DNA from: Heterodontus francisci
Lineage: Eukaryota
Assembly: GCF_036365525.1 (NCBI RefSeq)
Contig: NC_090380.1
Span: forward strand, 87,243,658-87,307,657
Length of the DNA: 64,000 bases
Reading direction: 5' to 3'
Below the pieces are notes generated by a model. That model ran no database searches and was not told the DNA's origin. It worked only from the letters and a program-made list of their open reading frames with translations. The position numbers and the translations under genes are program-made. The stretch's first letter is position 1, and every line of letters begins with the position of its first letter. Positions 51,698-64,000 of the stretch are shown in pieces.

Positions 51698-52794
51698 GTG
51701 TGTGAGAAGGAGCCAAGCTCAATCATTGCATTTGCACTCAGCTGCAAGGAATACAAGAACGTTGTAGAAGATCTTGGACGAGAATCTGTGATGAATGGGA
51801 GTGACGATGGAGTACAACAGCCAAATAATGCGGACAGACCAAAGACCAATAGCCTTGCAAGGCACTTGGAAAGCTGCAGCAGTCAAGGAAATCGCAGCAG
51901 TGATTCTGAACAAACATATGATGGTGATGGAGACAAACAGAAGAAACATCTTGGAAACCCACATGTGGAACTACAGTTTTCAGACGCCAATGCCAAGTTT
52001 TACTGTCGAATTTATTACGCTGAAGAATTCCACAAAATGAGGGAAGTGATCTTGGCAAACAATGAAGATGACTTCATCCGATCTCTATCTCACTGTGTGC
52101 CATGGCAAGCCCGAGGAGGCAAATCAGGAGCATCTTTTTATGCTACAGAAGATGACCGCTTTATTCTGATGCAGATGCCTCGTTTGGAAGTACAGTCATT
52201 CCTGGATTTTGCTCCTCATTATTTTAATTATATTACAACTGCCGTTCAGAAAAGACCGACAGCATTGGCAAAAATTCTGGGAGTATATCGAATAGGCTAC
52301 AAAAACTCTCAGAACAATACAGAGAAGAAACTTGATCTTTTGGTTATGGAGAATCTCTTTTATGGGAGAAAAATGGCGCAAGTTTTTGATTTGAAAGGTT
52401 CTTTAAGGAATCGAAATGTTCAAACTGAAACGGGAAAAGAGACATGTGATGTTGTATTACTGGATGGAAACCTATTGAAAATGATTCGCGATAACCCTCT
52501 TTACATTCAGTCACACTGCAAGGCTGTGCTGCGGGCATCCATTCATAGTGATGCATATTTTCTGTCAAGCCATCTCTTCATTGACTATTCCCTACTTGTG
52601 GGCCGAGATGACATTAAAAATGAATTGGTTGTTGGAATTATCGATTGATATCAGGACATTTACTTGGGATAAAAAACTTGAAATGGCTGTAAAGTCTACG
52701 GGAATCTTAGGTGGGCAAGGGAAAATGCCAACTGTGGTTCCCCCAGAACTTTTATAGAACGAGGTTTTGTGAAGCAATGGACAAGTACTTCCTG
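51698..52794 (+). pseudogene. PIKFYVE: Processed PIKFYVE fragment covering the C-terminal PIPK kinase domain
   Basis: Intronless CEKEPSSIIAFALS...ARGGKSGA...FDLKGSLRNR...IDYSLLVG...GIID/IRTFTWDKKLE...YRTRFCEAMDKYFL. Frameshifts at about 52647 and 52752. The catalytic Lys codon appears as ATG at 52169-52171. Confidence 0.92.
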
Positions 52795-52864
52795 AAGTGT
52801 CAAGAAAAATGTAGCAATGCCCAAGAGCTGAGCAGAAAACTCTTCCTGCCGTACTGGCACATAT

Positions 52865-53700
52865 CATGCTAACGGCGCAATGTTGGCGAATTCCTGCTGG
52901 TACTGACGCCCAAGGCTGTCGCCCACCTCCCGGAAGACACGGATGAGCTTTCCTGGCGTCGATGGTGGGAACTGATGAAATATTTTATTACCTGCACCCC
53001 CTTTCTCTCTCCCCCGCACCCTCTTCACCCACCCCCTCGCAACCCCTTCCCAACCCCTTCCCACCTTCCCCTGCAGCCCCCTTCCCACCGGCATCCACCT
53101 ATCCCTGAGCAGGGGCCCTAACAACCCCACTGCCTTGTGGGCGTCTCGGGAGAGTCCAAGGCTAAGGGAGTAAACCCTAACAGAAAATCCGGAGCGGAAC
53201 CCCGTAGGCAGTCATGTGTCACCTTTGGCATGTTTCCGGCAGTTCCTGCAGCCATACCGGTGCCAAACGTCGTGCTCTGCACTCCTTTGGACCCCACCAG
53301 AAAGGCCAAGAGGGGGGTTTTGACGCTTGGGCAACTCACAACCTCCATACATTCGCCCAGGCATGCGCCATTGAGAGGTCACTCCGTAGTCGCCTCACAG
53401 CGACCGAAACAACATGGAAGGCAGCAGTTACGGGTTATAGGTCCAGCTGAATTGGCTTAGAGATTGGGCGCCACGGGTTGTCTTGGTCGGTGGGAGAGGT
53501 CATCGCACCTCACTGGAAGCGCAAGGGGAGAGCCAACTGTGTAACAGCCCCGACAACCAGTTTTTTCTGCAGCACCTGTGGAAGAGTTTGTCACTCTAGT
53601 GTTGGCCTTTATAGCCACTTCAGGCGCTGCTCCACAAACCACTGACCACCTCCAGGCGCTTACCCATTGTCTCCCGAGACAAGGAGGCCAAAGAAGAAGA
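52865..53700 (+). mobile_element. Short non-autonomous RTE derivative (RTE-like 5' region joined to the RTE 3' end with a GAA tail)
   Basis: 53517-53700 closely matches the reverse complement of 48320-48510. The upstream part (taagggagtaaaccctaacagaaaatcc) resembles RTE 5' UTRs as recalled. The left boundary is uncertain. Confidence 0.7.
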
Positions 53701-55437
53701 TGTTCTTTTCAAACTGAATTTTTAAATATTTGTTAGACTGAACATTAATGAAACTAATTATTGTTTCTGTACTGCTTTTAAAGTCATTTTCAGTTATAAG
53801 TGGTGGACTAGACACTGGTTATAATGCTTTTTTTTGTGATAAACCCATTTTCAGTTGCATTGGTAAAACTGTACCAGGCTACCATTCTTAAATATATCAA
53901 ATTTTTTTATTGCAAAAAAAAATATTCTAAAACCCTGCCCGCTTCGGATTCATGGCAGATTTTACATTCAGCAAGATGAGTTTGAGCAGAAACCTGAGCC
54001 ACAAATCACTTCTGAAAATTAGCACAATTTTGAGTGCATTTTCACTCTGCCAGTTGCGCCCAAAGCGGAAACTCTACTCCATTATTTTAGTTGCCTCCGT
54101 TTTGATTTTCCTACTGTTTTGTACCTCAGTAGGTGAATATGCAGACACATAATAGCTATATTTCCCCTGCTCCTCCCACCTGCAGTAATGCTCTGTATTG
54201 ATATGACTGCTCTAATTTGCTGTAGCAGGACATTTTAGTTAGATTTGCCCTTGCATGTTTAGCTATTTTTGTGTGGCAAAATGTTCAAAATGAGGGAAAC
54301 AGGGCATCTGAGACCTGAGTGAACAGGGCAAACTACTCTATATTTCCTTAGCTAATCAGATTAAGGAATTGTGAAATTAACAGGACCGGAACTAAGAAGG
54401 AAGTGCAGATTAGAGTGGGTGAGTTCAAGTTTATATCTGGTACAGAGAGAGAAATGAGCAAGCGTACAAAATGTTGGATTGAGAGAGATAAAGACAAAAG
54501 AAAAGCTTAAAAAAAACACTTTTAAAATCTGAAGGAATGAGACTCCTCATTCATAATTGTTCATTTTCAGTGGCAGCAAAGTAGATTTGCAGTAGTCAAC
54601 ATATCACTTTGGTAGTTAAGTCTTGTCCATTTCTGTCTAAGTACTTTCTATAGGGCTTTTAGTTTGTATCTATCATACAAATACAGCAACTTCATGTTGA
54701 ATGCATTTCAATGGTGCACGAGGCACTGAGATGCTGTTTTTGCGAAGCAAATGGCACATCTGTCCCTTGCCTGAAGTTGCTGTACCATTCGCACATAAAT
54801 AACATTGAGTGCCATTGACTTCACCGTTACTTTCACAGCAAATTCTAGTCCATTGTGTGTCCCATATTACTTGCCCAATTGGTTGGTTAAGACTGATAAA
54901 ACTTTCCTTTGTACAAGGCTGATGGATGAGAGATTTTAAGGCTGGGGCCTTCATATGCATCAAAGTAACCTACTGATTGTTTTGTTGCATGCAGTATTTG
55001 GGGTTATGTTTGTAAATCTGCAAATGATGGTGCTTTCGAAGAGTTGAGAAGAACATGCAAGAGAAGGGTTTTTATTTTGTTGAATATTTCATGTTTTTAC
55101 CAGGCATTAAGTTTTTAAAAATGTGCCTTGGAAGCATGTTGACTTTCAACACTCCATGCTATATGGTGGGAAGTAATGGAGGTTTGAGTTCTGCTCTGCT
55201 CACTTCTCAGCCATATTCAATGGAGAACTGCTGAGTGAGAGCTGCAGTGTCTCCCAGGAGCAAAAGTTAGCAGAGAGAACCTACCCACCAGTTAGTTTCT
55301 AATGCACTATGACAGCAGTCTAGAGTGGTACTGGTGGTCTGAGAGCGTACAGTTTCCACAAGGACAGAAGACTTGTAGTGCACCTGGGTCTGCCAAAGGG
55401 GAATATTCATTGAGGTGCATAGATTATGGATGATCTG

Positions 55438-55770
55438 TTTTTTATTTTAGAGATACAGCACTGAAACAGGCCCTTCGGCCCACCGAGTCTGTGCCGACCA
55501 TCAACCACCCATTTTATACTAATCCTACATTAATCCCATTACCCTCTCACATCCCCACCTTCCCTCAATTCCCCTACCACCTACATATACTAGGGGCAAT
55601 TTATAATGGCCAATTTACCTATCAACCTGCAAGTCTTTGGCTGTGGGAGGAAACCGGAGCACCCGGCGAAAACCCCCGCGGAGAACTTGCAAACTCCGCA
55701 CAGGCAGTACCCTGAATCGAACCCGGGTCGCTGGAGATGTGAGGCTGCGGTGCTAACCACTGCGCCACTG
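55438..55770 (-). mobile_element. HE1-like V-SINE
   Basis: Reverse complement of the 30754-31100 family. Confidence 0.9.
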
Positions 55771-56319
55771 TGGGACCAAGGAGAATTTTATGCAAAATGT
55801 TCTCCGGTTAAATGGATGGGGTAGTGGCCTTGAGTACGTTAATTGCACGTGACTTGTTGGGTTGACCGGACTTACGCACTTACTAGTATTAACTTGTTGA
55901 GTATAGCTTGTTACTGTTGGTATCCTATAGATAAGAGAGCTGTTTTACACTTCTGAAAACTCGTCTTTGTGCTAAAGCTCTGTACGGTGTATAATGTGCA
56001 TCTGATAAATGTTTTCATTTTTTTAAAGCAATAAACAACAACTTGCATCTATACAGTGGCTTTAATGTACAAAAATCTCCCAAGGTGCTTCACAAAGGCA
56101 TAAACAGTCATAAATGGAGAACATGTATTGAGCCATGCAGTTTCAAGGGCATGTAAAATCCAAATTGAGTACTCATCCATTGCAGATCAAGTTCTATTTT
56201 TATGTGCTAATACTCCAGGGGCATTTATTAATTGTGGTGTTGATGTCTAAATTGAGTCCTCCAGGAGCTGATGCCGTAAATCTATCAAACCTGTCCCAGT
56301 GTCGACAACCTTTAGTTAG

Positions 56320-56950
56320 AAATCATTGAAACTTACAGAAGGAGGCCATTTGGCCTGCTGTGCCTGTGCCAGCTCTTTGAAAGAGCCGTCTTGCTTGGCC
56401 CCATGTCCCGATTTGTGTCTGTAACCCTGTAAGTTCCTGATCCTCAAGGACCTGTCCCAACTCCCTTTTAAAATTATTTATGGAATCCGCTTCCACAACT
56501 TTTCAGGTAATGCTTCGGATTTCCGAGGGTTTTGAATTCATGATCTCGAGTTATTGACCTACTCACCAGAGGGAATACTTTTCCCCTGTTTACTCTGTCC
56601 AAACCTCACATCATCTTATAACCTCCATTCGGTCACCTCCTAACCTCCCTCTGTTCCAACCTTTGCACATAACTGATGTGTCTCAACCCTGATTACATCT
56701 TGGTAAACCTGCTCTGTACCGTTCTAAGGCTTTACAGTTTTGCTGAAGTCTGATGCCCAGAATTGTCTCCACATTCTAGCTGAGGCCTAACCAGAGATTT
56801 ATAAAGTTCTAGCATGATCCCTTAGGTTTATAATTAGAGGAATAGAATATAAAGCAAAATAATCCATATGCTTTTTAACCACCTTATCAACATGCCCTGT
56901 CACCCTTTTAAGGATTTGTGTAAATGGCTACTAAGATTTCTCTGCATTTC
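56320..56950 (-). mobile_element. Old CR1 3' fragment
   Basis: gaaggaggccatttggcc tail region and a degraded ctgaggcctaaccag (LVRPQL) remnant. Confidence 0.65.
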
Positions 56951-57072
56951 TTTGAAGGAGGGAAACTATGGTGAGAAAAATTTAAGGTTTCATTAAATAT
57001 TTTTTGTTAAATGATTTGTATGCTATAGGATGCATTATCCAATTAAAAAAAAAAAATCTTCTGGCACACTGA

Positions 57073-57900
57073 GGGCTGTATTTTGCATTCCTGCTGCCGA
57101 AATCGGCTGTGGACGTAAACAGTGGAGGTCCGCCCATGTGGACCGCACATTGCGGAGCTGCCGCGATATTCAGCGCGGCAGCTCATTTAAATGGTCAGGG
57201 CGGACTGTCCACCCCGATGCCATGGAGGGAGCAGGTGCTCTGTCGGCAATGGTGTCGGCAACCTTTGCACAAGTGCTGATGCCCTTTTTAAAGGGCTTTG
57301 AGCCCTAACTTGCAATTTAAATATTTAAAGGAGAAATGATTGTAAAAAGTTAATTACATTGGTCCTGACACTCTCCCACCCCCAATAATAGAATTAAGTA
57401 CGTGCCCTCAAACGCCCCCACTAAAAAAGACTTAACTGGTGCAGCTGACCTTCCCCCTCCCCGCCCCACCCCCCAAGTTCAGAAAGCTTAAACTTTACCC
57501 CTTCCCACCATCCCCTAGACCAATGAAATTACTCTGTCACCGCTCCCTCACCCTGCACTGAAAAACTTAGCTGCTCCCCACTCCCCACCAGTATTCCGCC
57601 TAGGATCCCCAGACAAGGACCGAAAGGCGTGGGAGTGGTGGCCACCGGCATCAGTATAGCCTTGGAACGGATGGTGGGAGTGGGTAGGTCACTTATTCAT
57701 TCATTTCAATTATTTTACACATGCAAATTTGGCTTCTGTCTTTGAGCGGCGGGGTGACCACCATGAGGCCTCTCCGCCACTGGCAATGTTGGCTGGGCCT
57801 TTGCAGCGTCGAGACCCATGGCGGGCCTCTGCCGGAGTCATTTTCTGGCCCACCACCCCTGCCACAATCCCTGGCATCAGGTGTCTGTAAAATTCAGCCC
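57073..57900. mobile_element. Non-autonomous PIF/Harbinger-like DNA transposon (MITE)
   Basis: TIRs gggctgtattttgca (57073-57087) and tgtaaaattcagccc (57886-57900), 13/15 match. Flanks tga and taa resemble a TWA target duplication. GC-rich subterminal region. Confidence 0.7.
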
Positions 57901-58230
57901 TAAGTGTTTTCATAATAACTAAAGTAGAATAAGCCCAATGTACTTGTGATCCAAATTAAGCGCTCCCAGGTGTTAACATTGCTATACAGAAGTAGCAGAA
58001 CTTTCATAAGTCCAGAGCATATTTGAAATGCAGCAAATGGCTCAACACAAAGTTTTATTTGATGGAATGCTGTCATGATTACAAAGATGGTGTTATAATA
58101 TTTACAAAATTGGCTGCATGGTTGATACTGAGGAGGAAAGGTGTAAACTGCAGGAAAGTATCAACGAGCTGGTCAGATGCGCTAAAGTGCCAAATGGTAT
58201 TCGATCTGGAGAAGTGTGTGGTGGTAATGC

Positions 58231-58536
58231 ATTTATTTATTTATTTAGAGATACAGCACTGAAACAGACCCTTCGGCCCACCAAGTCTGTGCCGCCCAAC
58301 AACCACCCATTTCTACACCAATCCCATATTCCCTACCATCTACCTACACTAGGGCAATTTATAACGGCCAATTTACCTATCACCTGCAAGTCTTTTGGCT
58401 GTGGGAGGAAATCGGAGCACCTGGCGAAAACCCACGAAGACACAGGGAGAACTTGCAAACTCCGCACAGGCAGTACCCAGAATCGAACCTGGGTCCCTGG
58501 AGCTGTGAGGCTGCGGTACTAACCACTGTGCCACTG
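58231..58536 (-). mobile_element. HE1-like V-SINE nested among CR1 fragments
   Basis: Same family as 55438-55770. Neighbouring CR1 pieces at about 58080-58230 and 59060-59405. Confidence 0.85.
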
Positions 58537-58749
58537 TCTGGCCATTTCACTTGTCTATGTCCTTCTGAAGTCTATTACTATCTGCCTCATCATTTATTGT
58601 TTGAGTTTAGTGCCATCTATAACATTTTACATTATGACCTGCATACTCCAAGTCATTACTATATCAAAAAGAGCAGCGGTCTCAATATCGCACTGTCTGC
58701 TTCCCACCAGTCTGAAAAACAACCATTCGCTGTTCTCTGCTTTCTGTCC

Positions 58750-59050
58750 CTTGAGAGGGCACTTAAGAATCAGCCACATTGCTGTGGGTTTGGAGTCACA
58801 TATAGGCCAGATCTGGTAAGGATGGCAGGTTTCCTTCCCTGAAGGACATTAGTGAACCAGATGGGTTTTTACAATAATCTATAGTTTCATTGCACCATTA
58901 CTGAGACTAGCTTTCAATTCCAGACTTTTATTAATTAATTGAATTTAAATTCCAGCAGCTTCCGTGGTGGCCTTTGAACCTGTGTCCCCAGGGCATTAGC
59001 ATGGACATTGAATTACTAGTCCAGTGATATTACCATTACGCTACTGTCTC
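58750..59050 (-). mobile_element. Second copy of the SINE/head of the tRNA-headed LINE family
   Basis: Colinear with 30305-30570 (ccacattgctgtggg..tggagtcac, ggacattagtgaaccagatgggtttttacaa, ttactagtcca). A-box-like tagcgtaatgg on minus. Confidence 0.85.
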
Positions 59051-60210
59051 CGCACAGAAGAGATTCACAAGGATGCTGCCAAGAAGGACCTATTCCCGTT
59101 AGCAGAGCGTCAACAACCAGCGGGTTTAGTTTTAAAATAATGGGTAGAAGTGTTAGAGGGGAGTTGAGTAGTTTTTTTTCACCCAGAGGGTGGTGGGGGT
59201 CTGGAACTCACTGCCTGAAAGGGTGATAGAGGCAGAAACCCTCATCGCGTTAAAAACAAAACACTTGGAAATGCACTTTAGGTGTAACCTCCACGGCTAG
59301 GGACCAAGATCTAGAAAATGGGAATAAGCTGCATAGCTTTTTTTCAGCCAGCACAGACACGATGACTGAAAAGCTTCCTACGGTGTCAGAGTTTTATGAT
59401 TCTATGTCTAAGCTAGATTTTTTTTTTCAAGCTGCAGAAATGTTTGTCTCTGGTACTGAGAGGGAGCGCAGCTTCGACTTTTAAATCAGGCAAAAACTCA
59501 TCAACCCAAGAAGCGCTCTGAGCATTGTACTGACTATTGTCCTGTGCCATCCGTTATGGCTAGGGGAAAGATGTTTCAGTCTTCCGAAAAAATCATCAGG
59601 CCAGCTTATTGTCGTACTTCTAGCAAATATTTCTACATCTTTCTTTCCTATGTTTTGCACTTACTGAAGCAGGCACTTTTTTTTAGATTAAAAGTGGTAC
59701 TGATCAACATAACTGATTTGATTTGGACCCAATATAGAATGGTAAAAGTTTACAGCAATCACGTCTGTGGTGATTGTTAGTCGGAGCCATTCAAAAATAA
59801 TTTCACTGCTCTGTATGGTTCCAGTAGCTGTTTATCTTCCTCTGCTTCAAATAGTTATGCAATTTTCTCATACAAAGATTCACTAGTCTATGCCTTACTG
59901 TTTGCTGTGGCTAAGCATTCTATATCTTCAAGGCAGTTTTTGTAAAGCTTAAAACCTATTCATATATTGAACCAAAAATCTAGATCCTCAGTTAACCTAT
60001 TAAACTGAAGCCATTAAATGGGTTAGTAAACGTATTCCCTTATGTTACACATTTTAGTAGATAGACCTCAAGAGGCAGACAAGGCAAAATACTGTGAATA
60101 CTAGAAATTTGAAATACAGAAAATGCTGGAAATAGTCAGCATATGAGGCAGCATCTGTGGAGAGAGAAACAAAGTTAACATTTTTGATTGACCTTTCATC
60201 AGAACTGAAA

Positions 60211-61233
60211 CAGTAGCATAGTGGTAATGTTACTGGATTAGTAACTGGACTCGAAGCTGGGACTAATGCTCCGGAGAGACAAGTTCATATCCTACCATGG
60301 TAACTGGGGATCTTAAATTTAATTAATAAATCTGGAATAAACAGCTCGTCTCAGTAATGATTATGAAACTACCATGTTGTTGTAAAACACACTTGGTTCA
60401 CTAATCTCCTTCAGTGAAAGAATTCTGCTGTCCTAACCCGGTGTGGCTGTTGTCACTCTAGACCCGCAGCAACGTGGTTGACTCTTAACTGTCCTCTGAA
60501 ATTGCCTAGCATGCCACTCCAGTTATGTCAAACCGCTACACAAGTCAAATAAGAATAAAACCAGATGGACCACTAGGCACCAGAAATGACACAGGCACAC
60601 CTTTCCCAGTCGACCCTGCAACGTCCTCCTCACTAACATCTCTGGACTTGTGCCAAAATCTGTCCCACAGACTCGTCAAGCAACAGCCTGACATAGTCAT
60701 ACTCACGGAATCAAACCTACAGCCAATGTCCCAGACTCCTCCATCACCAGAGGTGGCGGCACAGTGATCTGCAGGTGAGAGGCAGTGGCCCAGGGAGTCC
60801 TCAATATTGACTCTGGACCCCATGAAGTTTTGTGGCATCAGGTCAAACATGGGCAAGGAATCCTTCTGATTACCACCTACTATCCTCCCTCAGCTGATCA
60901 GTCAGTGCTCCTCCATGATGAACACTAGTTAAAAGAAGCACTGAGGGTAGCAAGGACACAGAATGGAATCTGGGTGGCGACTTCAGTGTCCGTCACCGAG
61001 TGTCTTGGTAGCACCACTACTGACCGGGCTCCGAAGGACATATCTACTGGGCTGGGCCTGTGGCAGGTAGTGAGAGAACCAACAGGAAAAACCTACTTGA
61101 CCTCGTCCTTACCACCGACCTGTCGCAATGCATTTCTCCATGACAGTATTGGTAAGAGTGATCACTCCTTGTGGAAACAAAGTCTCGTCGTCTGATTGAG
61201 AACACCCTACATAGTGTAGTATGGCACTACACT
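60211..61233 (+). mobile_element. 5' part of a second tRNA-headed LINE copy (head plus APE domain)
   Basis: A-box TAGCATAGTGG (60214-60224) and B-box-like AGTTCATATCC (60282-60292), then the shared body, then LSHRLVKQQPDIVILTES and later APE remnants. Truncated by a CR1 at about 61235. Confidence 0.85.
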
Positions 61234-61234
61234 A

Positions 61235-63060
61235 AATATGAACATACCCCTCGAGCCTGCTCTGCCATTCAACAAGATCATAGCTGATCTGATTGTAACA
61301 TCACCCGCACATTCCTGCCTACCCCCGAAAACCTTTCATCCCCTTGCATATCAAGAATCTATCTACCTCTGCCTTAAAAATATTCAAAGGCTGTGCATCC
61401 ACTGCCTTTTGAGGAAGAGCATTCCAACAACTCGCGACCCTCTAAAAGTAAAAATTTCTCCTCATCTCTGTCTTAAATGGGCAACCCCTTATTTTTTAAA
61501 GTGACCCGTAGTTCTAGATTCTCCCACAAGAGGAAACCTCCTTTCCACATCCACCCGGTCAATCAGAATCTTGTATGTTTCAATCAAGTTGCCTCTTGCT
61601 CTTCTAAACTCCAGCGGATACAACCTGTCCAACCTTTCCTCATAAGCCAACATGCGCATTTCAGGTATTGGTCTAGTAAACCTTCACTGACCTGCTTCCA
61701 AATCATTTACATCCTTCCTTAAATAAGGAGACCAATACTTTACACAGTACTCCAGATGTGTTCACACCAATGCCCTGTATAACTGAAACATAACTTCCCT
61801 ACGCTGTATCCAATTCCCCTCACAATAAATGATAACATTCTATTAGCGTTCCTAATTACTTGCTGTTCCTGTATACTAACATTTTGCGGTTCATGCATTA
61901 GGACACCCAGATCGCTCTATCTTCGAGCTCTGCAATCTCTTACCATTTCGATAATGTGCTTTTTTTAGTCTTCCTGTCAAAATGGACAATTTCACACTTT
62001 CCCACATTATACTCCATTTGCCAGATCTTTGCCCACTCACTTAACCTATCTATATCCATTTGTCGCCTCCTTATGCTCTCTTCACAACTTACTTTCCGAC
62101 CTGTCTTTGTGTCATCAGCAAATTTAGCAACCATACCTTTGGTCCCTTCATCCAAGTCATTTAGATAAATTGTAAAAAGTTGAAGCCACAGCACTGATTC
62201 CTGTGGCACACCACTCATTACATCTTGCAACCAGAAAATTACCCATTTATGCCTATTCTGTTTCCTGTTGGCTAGCCAATCTTCGATCCAGGCCAATGTT
62301 ACTCTCTACACCATGAGCTTTTATTTTCCACAGTAAACTTTGATGTGGTACCATATCAAATGCCTTCTGGAAATTGGTTCCCTTTATCCACAGCACATGT
62401 AACTCCCTCAAAGAACTCCAAAAAATTGGTTAAGCCTGATTTCCCTTTCACAAAACCATGTTGACTGCTTGATTAGCTTGAAATTTTCTAAGTGCTCTGC
62501 TATAATAGCTTCTTTAATAATTCTTTAATAGCTTCTAACATTTTCCCTATGACAGATGTTAAGCTAATTGGCTTGTAGTTTCCTGCTTTCTGTCTCCCTC
62601 CCTTTTTGAATAAAGCAGTTACAATCGCTATTTTCCACTCTAATGGAACGCAGAATTGTTACAGCACAAAGGCCATGCAGCCCATTGTTCCTTCCCCGTA
62701 TGTCGGGAATTTTGGGAAATTAAAAAAAAATCAATGCATCAACTATCTCAATTGCCACTTCTTTCAAGACCCTAGGATGAAGTTCATCAGGACCTGGGGA
62801 CCTGTCAGCCCGCAGCTCCAACAGTTTGCTCAGTGCCACTTCCCTGGTGATTGTAATTTTCTTGAGTTCGTTCCTCCCTTCAATTTCCTGATTTACAGCT
62901 ATTTCTGGGATGTTACTTGTATCCTCTATCGTGAAGACCGGTGCAAAATATCTATTCAATTCACCTGCCATCTCCTGATTTTCCATTATTAATTCCCCAG
63001 ACTCACCTTTCTTTTGGACCAATGCTCACTTTAACTCTTCTTTAAATATCTATAGAAACT
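61235..63060 (-). mobile_element. CR1 LINE fragment
   Basis: SPGPDELHPRVLKE, GVPQESVL, FADDTK and WQMEYNVGKC remnants. Confidence 0.9.
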
Positions 63061-63063
63061 CTT

Positions 63064-64000
63064 CACAGAATCACAGAATAATACAGTGCAGAAGAGGCCC
63101 TTCGGCGCACCGAATCTGCACCAATGCATTAAAGACACCTGACCTGTCTACCTAATCTTATTTGCCAGCACTTGGCCCATAGCCTTGAATGTTATGATGT
63201 GCCAAGTGCTCATCCAGGTAATTTTTAAAGGATGTGAGGCAACCCACCTCTACCACCCTCCCAGGCAGTGCATTCCAAACCGTCACCACCCTCTGGGTAA
63301 AAAAAAAAGTTCTTCCTCAAATCCTCCTGCCCCTCACCTTAAACTTGTGTCCTCTCGTAACTGCCCCTTCAACTAAGGGGGAACAGCTGCTCCCGATCCA
63401 CCCTGTCCATGCCCCTCATAATCTTGTACACCTCGATCAGGTATCAACCCAAGCCTATCCAACCTCTCTTCATAGCTTAAATGTTCCATCCCAAGCAACA
63501 TCCTGGTGAATCGCCTCTGCACCCCCTCCAGTGCAATCACATCCTTCCTATAATGTGGTGACCAGAATTGCACACAGTACTCCAGCTGTGGCCTTACCAA
63601 AGTTCTATACAACTCCAACATGACCTCCCTGCTTTTGTAATCTATGCATCGATTGATAAAGGCAAGTGTCCCATATGCCTTTTTCACCACCTTATTAACC
63701 TTCCCTTCTGCCTTCAGAGATGTATGGACAAACACGCCAAGGTCCCTCTGTTCCTCGGAACTTCCCAGTGTCAGGCCATACATTGAATACTTCTGCGTCA
63801 CATTACTCCTTCCAAAGTGTATGACCTCACACTTTTCAGGGTTAAATTCCATCTGCCACTTTTCTGCCCATTTGACCATCCCGTCTATATCTTCCTGTAA
63901 TCTAAGACACTCCACCTCACTGTTAACCACTCTGCCAATCTTTGTGTCATCCGCGAACTTACTGATCCTACCCCCCAACATAGTCATCTATGTTGTTTTA
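63064..64000 (-). mobile_element. CR1 LINE 3' part, continuing past the window end
   Basis: ORF 63373-63987 (FADDTK, WQMEFNPEKC, RPQLEYCVQFWSP). Tail cacagaatcacagaat on plus. Confidence 0.92.

Noticed and set aside
51698-52648. PIKFYVE as a functional host gene
   Set aside because: It has no introns or N-terminal domains, carries two frameshifts and a substituted catalytic Lys, and is embedded in TEs.
1-64000. CRISPR arrays, operons or prokaryotic defence systems such as retrons
   Set aside because: The sequence is vertebrate with spliceosomal introns, there are no regularly spaced repeats, and all RT domains belong to eukaryotic retrotransposons.

Overview
This is eukaryotic vertebrate DNA, most likely from a cartilaginous fish (shark), judged from its repeats: CR1 and L2 LINEs, HE1-like V-SINEs and SacSINE/DeuSINE-like elements. 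Host genes are trmt10c (minus, single coding exon), head-to-head with a three-exon txnl4b (plus, 149 aa), and an intact, intronless FAM172/ARB2-family gene (minus, probably fam172b). A CpG-rich promoter and first exon near 23.6-24.0 kb opens a long plus-strand intron, probably of senp7 by synteny. The rest is nested mobile DNA: many CR1 and L2 copies, RTE elements, a decayed Gypsy LTR element, a Harbinger-like MITE, Penelope-derived repeats and several SINE families. The first of three main observations is an ORF1-less APE-RT LINE with a tRNA-derived Pol III-type head, almost no TTTT terminators on its sense strand, and a SINE made of its head plus its tail. The second is a PIKFYVE processed-mRNA fragment fused to a non-autonomous RTE element, apparently inserted as one unit into a CR1 tail. 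The third is the intact FAM172B-like gene, which lacks the hydrolase nucleophile serine. All calls come from reading by eye and from recalled family motifs; no database search was run.
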